Assembly: GCA_964638485.1 (NCBI GenBank)
Contig: CAZWYX010000003.1
Coordinates: 1 to 37,523 of the forward strand
DNA from: an uncultured Planctomycetales bacterium
GTDB lineage: Bacteria; Omnitrophota; Gorgyraeia; Aquiviventales; CAZWYX01
DNA length: 37,523 nucleotides
Direction: 5' to 3'
Shown: in pieces, positions 35,036-37,523 of the stretch
Numbering within the stretch: position 1 is the stretch's first letter
How the letters are laid out: each line of letters opens with the position of its first letter
Made by a program: the position numbers and the translations under genes
The notes under the pieces: model-generated
What the model saw: only the letters and a program-made list of their open reading frames with translations
The model's database searches: none
What the model was told of the DNA's origin: nothing

Positions 35036-35595
35036 GAGCGCGTCTCCGCGAGGGCCGCTTGCAGTGCAGGGGACAGTGCCCGTCGTGTGCGTCGAGGTGG
35101 TGGGACGTACGGTTGCTGGAGCGTATGCGCGTGCGTGAGCGCCAGGGCTAAGGCGTCGCTCACATCGTTGGGCTCGGGCAACTGCGGCAGTTTGAGGAGC
35201 GCGGCGACCATCCGCTGTATCTGCTGTTTCGTGGCATGACCGTTACCAGTCACGGCCTTCTTGACGTGCGTCGGCGGATAGCAGGACAGCGGAATGCCCT
35301 GCTGGACCACCGCCAACGCCAGGACGCCGCGCGCATGGCCCATGAGAATTGCCGTCATCGGATGCTGGTAGTGCGCGTAGAGCTCCTCCAGCACGACGAT
35401 GTCAGGAGCACACGCCGTGAGCACCTGCGTAAAACGCGCATGGAGCTCGACGAGTCGCTCGACGAGGGCGCGGTGGGGATCGGTCACCACCGTCCCACTA
35501 GCCACAGAACGCAGGTGGCGGCCTTCACACGCGACGAGGCCGTAGCCCGTCACTTCCAGTCCAGGGTCCACGCCTAAGATCCGCTCAGCGCGCAT
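35032..35595 (-). CDS. ruvC: crossover junction endodeoxyribonuclease RuvC
   Basis: ILGVDPGLEVTGYG and a C-terminal acidic catalytic residue (DVSDALALAL). Confidence 0.9.
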   Translation of the reverse strand: MRAERILGVDPGLEVTGYGLVACEGRHLRSVASGTVVTDPHRALVERLVELHARFTQVLTACAPDIVVLEELYAHYQHPMTAILMGHARGVLALAVVQQGIPLSCYPPTHVKKAVTGNGHATKQQIQRMVAALLKLPQLPEPNDVSDALALALTHAHTLQQPYVPPPRRTRRALSPALQAALAETRS

Positions 35596-35607
35596 GTCAG
35601 CCCACCC

Positions 35608-36357
35608 TTATCCCTTCGCTGCGGCCTGCAAGAGTTCCTCGGGGATATCAAAGTTGGCGTAGACGTGCTGCACGTCGTCGTGCGCCTCGAGCGCTTCCAG
35701 CAGCTCGAGGAGTTGCTTCGCCTTCGGACCTTCCACGCGCACGGTGTTGCTGGGGACCATCGTGACCTCGGCAGACTCCATCGGAATCTGCGCTTCGGCT
35801 AAGGCCTGCTTGACGCGATCAAAGGCCGCAAGCGGTGTGGTGACCGCCAAACTCTCGCCTTCAATCGCGACGTCCTCCCCCCCGGCGTCCAATACGACCT
35901 CCATCACGCGGTCTTCCGTAACGGCCGTGCGCGGGATGAGGATGTACCCCTGCTGCTGAAACAGCCAGGCCACACTGCCGGTGCCGGCGAGGTTGCCGTG
36001 GTGGTTGACAAACAGGTTGCGCACTTCAGAGGTGGTGCGATTCTTATTGTCCGTCAGCGCCTTGACCAGGATGGCCACTCCGCCAGGACCGTAGCCTTCG
36101 TACGGCATTTCGTCGTACGTGACGCCGGGAATTTCCCCGGTCCCGCGTTTGACCGCCTGCTCAATTTTGTCCTTCGCCATGTTCGCCTCGCGGGCCTTGG
36201 TCATGGCCAAGCGCAGGCGTGGATTGGCTTCCGGATCGCCTCCCTGGCGTGCGGCGACGGTCAGCTCCCGAATGAGCTTACTGAAGCGTTGGCCTTTCTG
36301 GGCATCAACGATGGCCTTTTTGTGCTTGATGCCAGCCCACTTGGAGTGTCCGGCCAT
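35608..36357 (-). CDS. yebC: YebC/PmpR family DNA-binding transcriptional regulator
   Basis: MAGHSKWAGIKHKKA and the standard position upstream of ruvC. Confidence 0.9.
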   Translation of the reverse strand: MAGHSKWAGIKHKKAIVDAQKGQRFSKLIRELTVAARQGGDPEANPRLRLAMTKAREANMAKDKIEQAVKRGTGEIPGVTYDEMPYEGYGPGGVAILVKALTDNKNRTTSEVRNLFVNHHGNLAGTGSVAWLFQQQGYILIPRTAVTEDRVMEVVLDAGGEDVAIEGESLAVTTPLAAFDRVKQALAEAQIPMESAEVTMVPSNTVRVEGPKAKQLLELLEALEAHDDVQHVYANFDIPEELLQAAAKG

Positions 36358-36367
36358 GTGAACTGTA

Positions 36368-37523
36368 TTATAACAGCGAAGGAGAGGGAAGTCGAGCGGA
36401 AGGGCTGTGCGCTGTGAGAGGGCGACGTCGCGTCAAGCGGTGAATGAACGCCTCCAAGGCCACACGGGCGGCGTCATCGGTCATCTGGCGCGGAGGATGC
36501 TTCATCAAATAGGCCGAGGCTTCGATCAAGGGGCCGGCCACGCCGCGATCGCGCGCGAGCTGCACCAGGCGAATCGCGTCAATCGCGACCCCGGCACTGT
36601 TCGGTGAATCTTCGACGGAGAGCCGCAGCTCCAGCTCCATCGGCACCCCGCCAAACCCCCGCCCTTCGATGCGGAGAAAGCAGACTTTATTGTCGCGCTG
36701 CCAGGGGACGTAGTCCGAGGGCCCGATGTGGATCTGCTGCGAGGGCAACGGCACCTGGAGTTGCGACTGCACCGCCTCGGTCTTGGAGGCTTTCTTGCTC
36801 GCCAAGCGCGAGCGGTCCAACATGTTGAGGAAGTCGGTGTTCCCACCGGTATTCAACTGGTAGGTGCGCTCGAGGTGGATCCCCCGCTCCTCACACAACC
36901 GCATGAGGGTCCGATGGAGGATCGTCGCACCCAACTGGGACTTGATGTCGTCGCCGATCACCGGAATGCCGGCGCGCGCAAACCGCTGCGCCCACGTCGG
37001 CTCGGAGGCGATGAACACCGGTACGCAGTTCACGACACTGACACCGGCGTGGAGACAGCACGTGGCGTAAAATTCCGTGGCGCGCTGGGCCCCGACGGGA
37101 AGATAGCTGACCGCGATGTCGGTCTGCGTCGCTCGGAGGATCCGCTCCACATCCTCGGCCGGCTGGCGACTCACCATAAACCGCTGGGTGGCAGGATAGC
37201 GGTTCATGTGCGGCGCGACCCCGTCAAGCACCGGCCCCTTGGACACCCGCGGACCACTCGTTGGCGCGGGCCGCGCAAACACGGTGGTACAGTTCGGCGG
37301 CGCGAAGATCGCTGACCCCAGCGGCTGGCCGACTTTGCGCGCATCAATGTCAAACGCTGCCACGACGTCGAGATCCGTCGGCCGGTACGGCCCAATGCGG
37401 TAATGCATCAAGCCGAGGGGTATCGGTCGTCCGTCACGCGGCGGCTGCTGGTAATACGTCAGTCCCTGCACGAGCGCGCTCGCGCAATTCCCCACCCCGA
37501 CAATCGCTACACGAATGGGGTCT
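36368..37523 (-). CDS. ino1: inositol-3-phosphate synthase (myo-inositol-1-phosphate synthase), N-terminus at or beyond the window edge
   Basis: The frame stays open upstream of the track's GTG start, and the edge reads ...PIRVAIVGVGNCASALVQG (Rossmann motif). The remainder is consistent with bacterial/archaeal-type MIPS. Confidence 0.8.
   Translation of the reverse strand, partial: DPIRVAIVGVGNCASALVQGLTYYQQPPRDGRPIPLGLMHYRIGPYRPTDLDVVAAFDIDARKVGQPLGSAIFAPPNCTTVFARPAPTSGPRVSKGPVLDGVAPHMNRYPATQRFMVSRQPAEDVERILRATQTDIAVSYLPVGAQRATEFYATCCLHAGVSVVNCVPVFIASEPTWAQRFARAGIPVIGDDIKSQLGATILHRTLMRLCEERGIHLERTYQLNTGGNTDFLNMLDRSRLASKKASKTEAVQSQLQVPLPSQQIHIGPSDYVPWQRDNKVCFLRIEGRGFGGVPMELELRLSVEDSPNSAGVAIDAIRLVQLARDRGVAGPLIEASAYLMKHPPRQMTDDAARVALEAFIHRLTRRRPLTAHSPSARLPSPSLL

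Noticed and set aside
1-37523. CRISPR arrays, rRNA genes, IS elements, prophage or defence-system genes
   Set aside because: I saw no repeat-spacer periodicity, rRNA-like segments, transposase, integrase or nuclease-helicase defence modules on either strand.

Overview
GC-rich bacterial chromosomal window with no rRNA, CRISPR array, transposase or integrase. Three blocks. (1) 1-7030, minus strand, metabolic and envelope genes: truncated PEBP/YbhB, an orphan 400-aa protein, a TIGR04073-like secreted protein, a VLCAD-like acyl-CoA dehydrogenase, a small membrane protein, a 754-aa aconitase and PncA. (2) 7075-16043, plus strand: an HTTM (gamma-carboxylase-like) membrane protein with a small partner, then a self-contained haem-copper oxidase module behind a near-consensus sigma70 promoter. 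The module is a dihaem cytochrome c with an EB_dh-like domain, a lipoprotein cupredoxin, CoxB, an A2-type CtaD, a fused CtaA-CtaB, SCO, DUF420 and a small CPTC membrane protein. (3) 16197-37523, minus strand except rpmB: three small orphan-type proteins, then a long co-directional housekeeping run (recR, dnaX, fabD, fabH, plsX, rpmF, yceD, coaD, rsmD, recG, recJ, secDF, yajC, spoIID, DUF2905, ruvBAC, yebC, inositol-3-phosphate synthase). The best-supported unusual feature is a tRNA-Asn(GUU) gene (17649-17944, minus) split in its anticodon by a compact 223-nt ORF-less group I intron whose P1-P9 fold I could build by hand. Other points of interest are a strand-biased family of GAACCG / GGGTGACGGTTCGC-type short repeats at intercistronic junctions, nested GTGAAC/GTTCAC inverted repeats in the recG-rpmB spacer, an AT-only island with direct repeats, and an oxidase cluster with no subunit III gene but two dedicated candidate electron-donor proteins. 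All calls come from reading the translations and sequence by eye. No database search was run.
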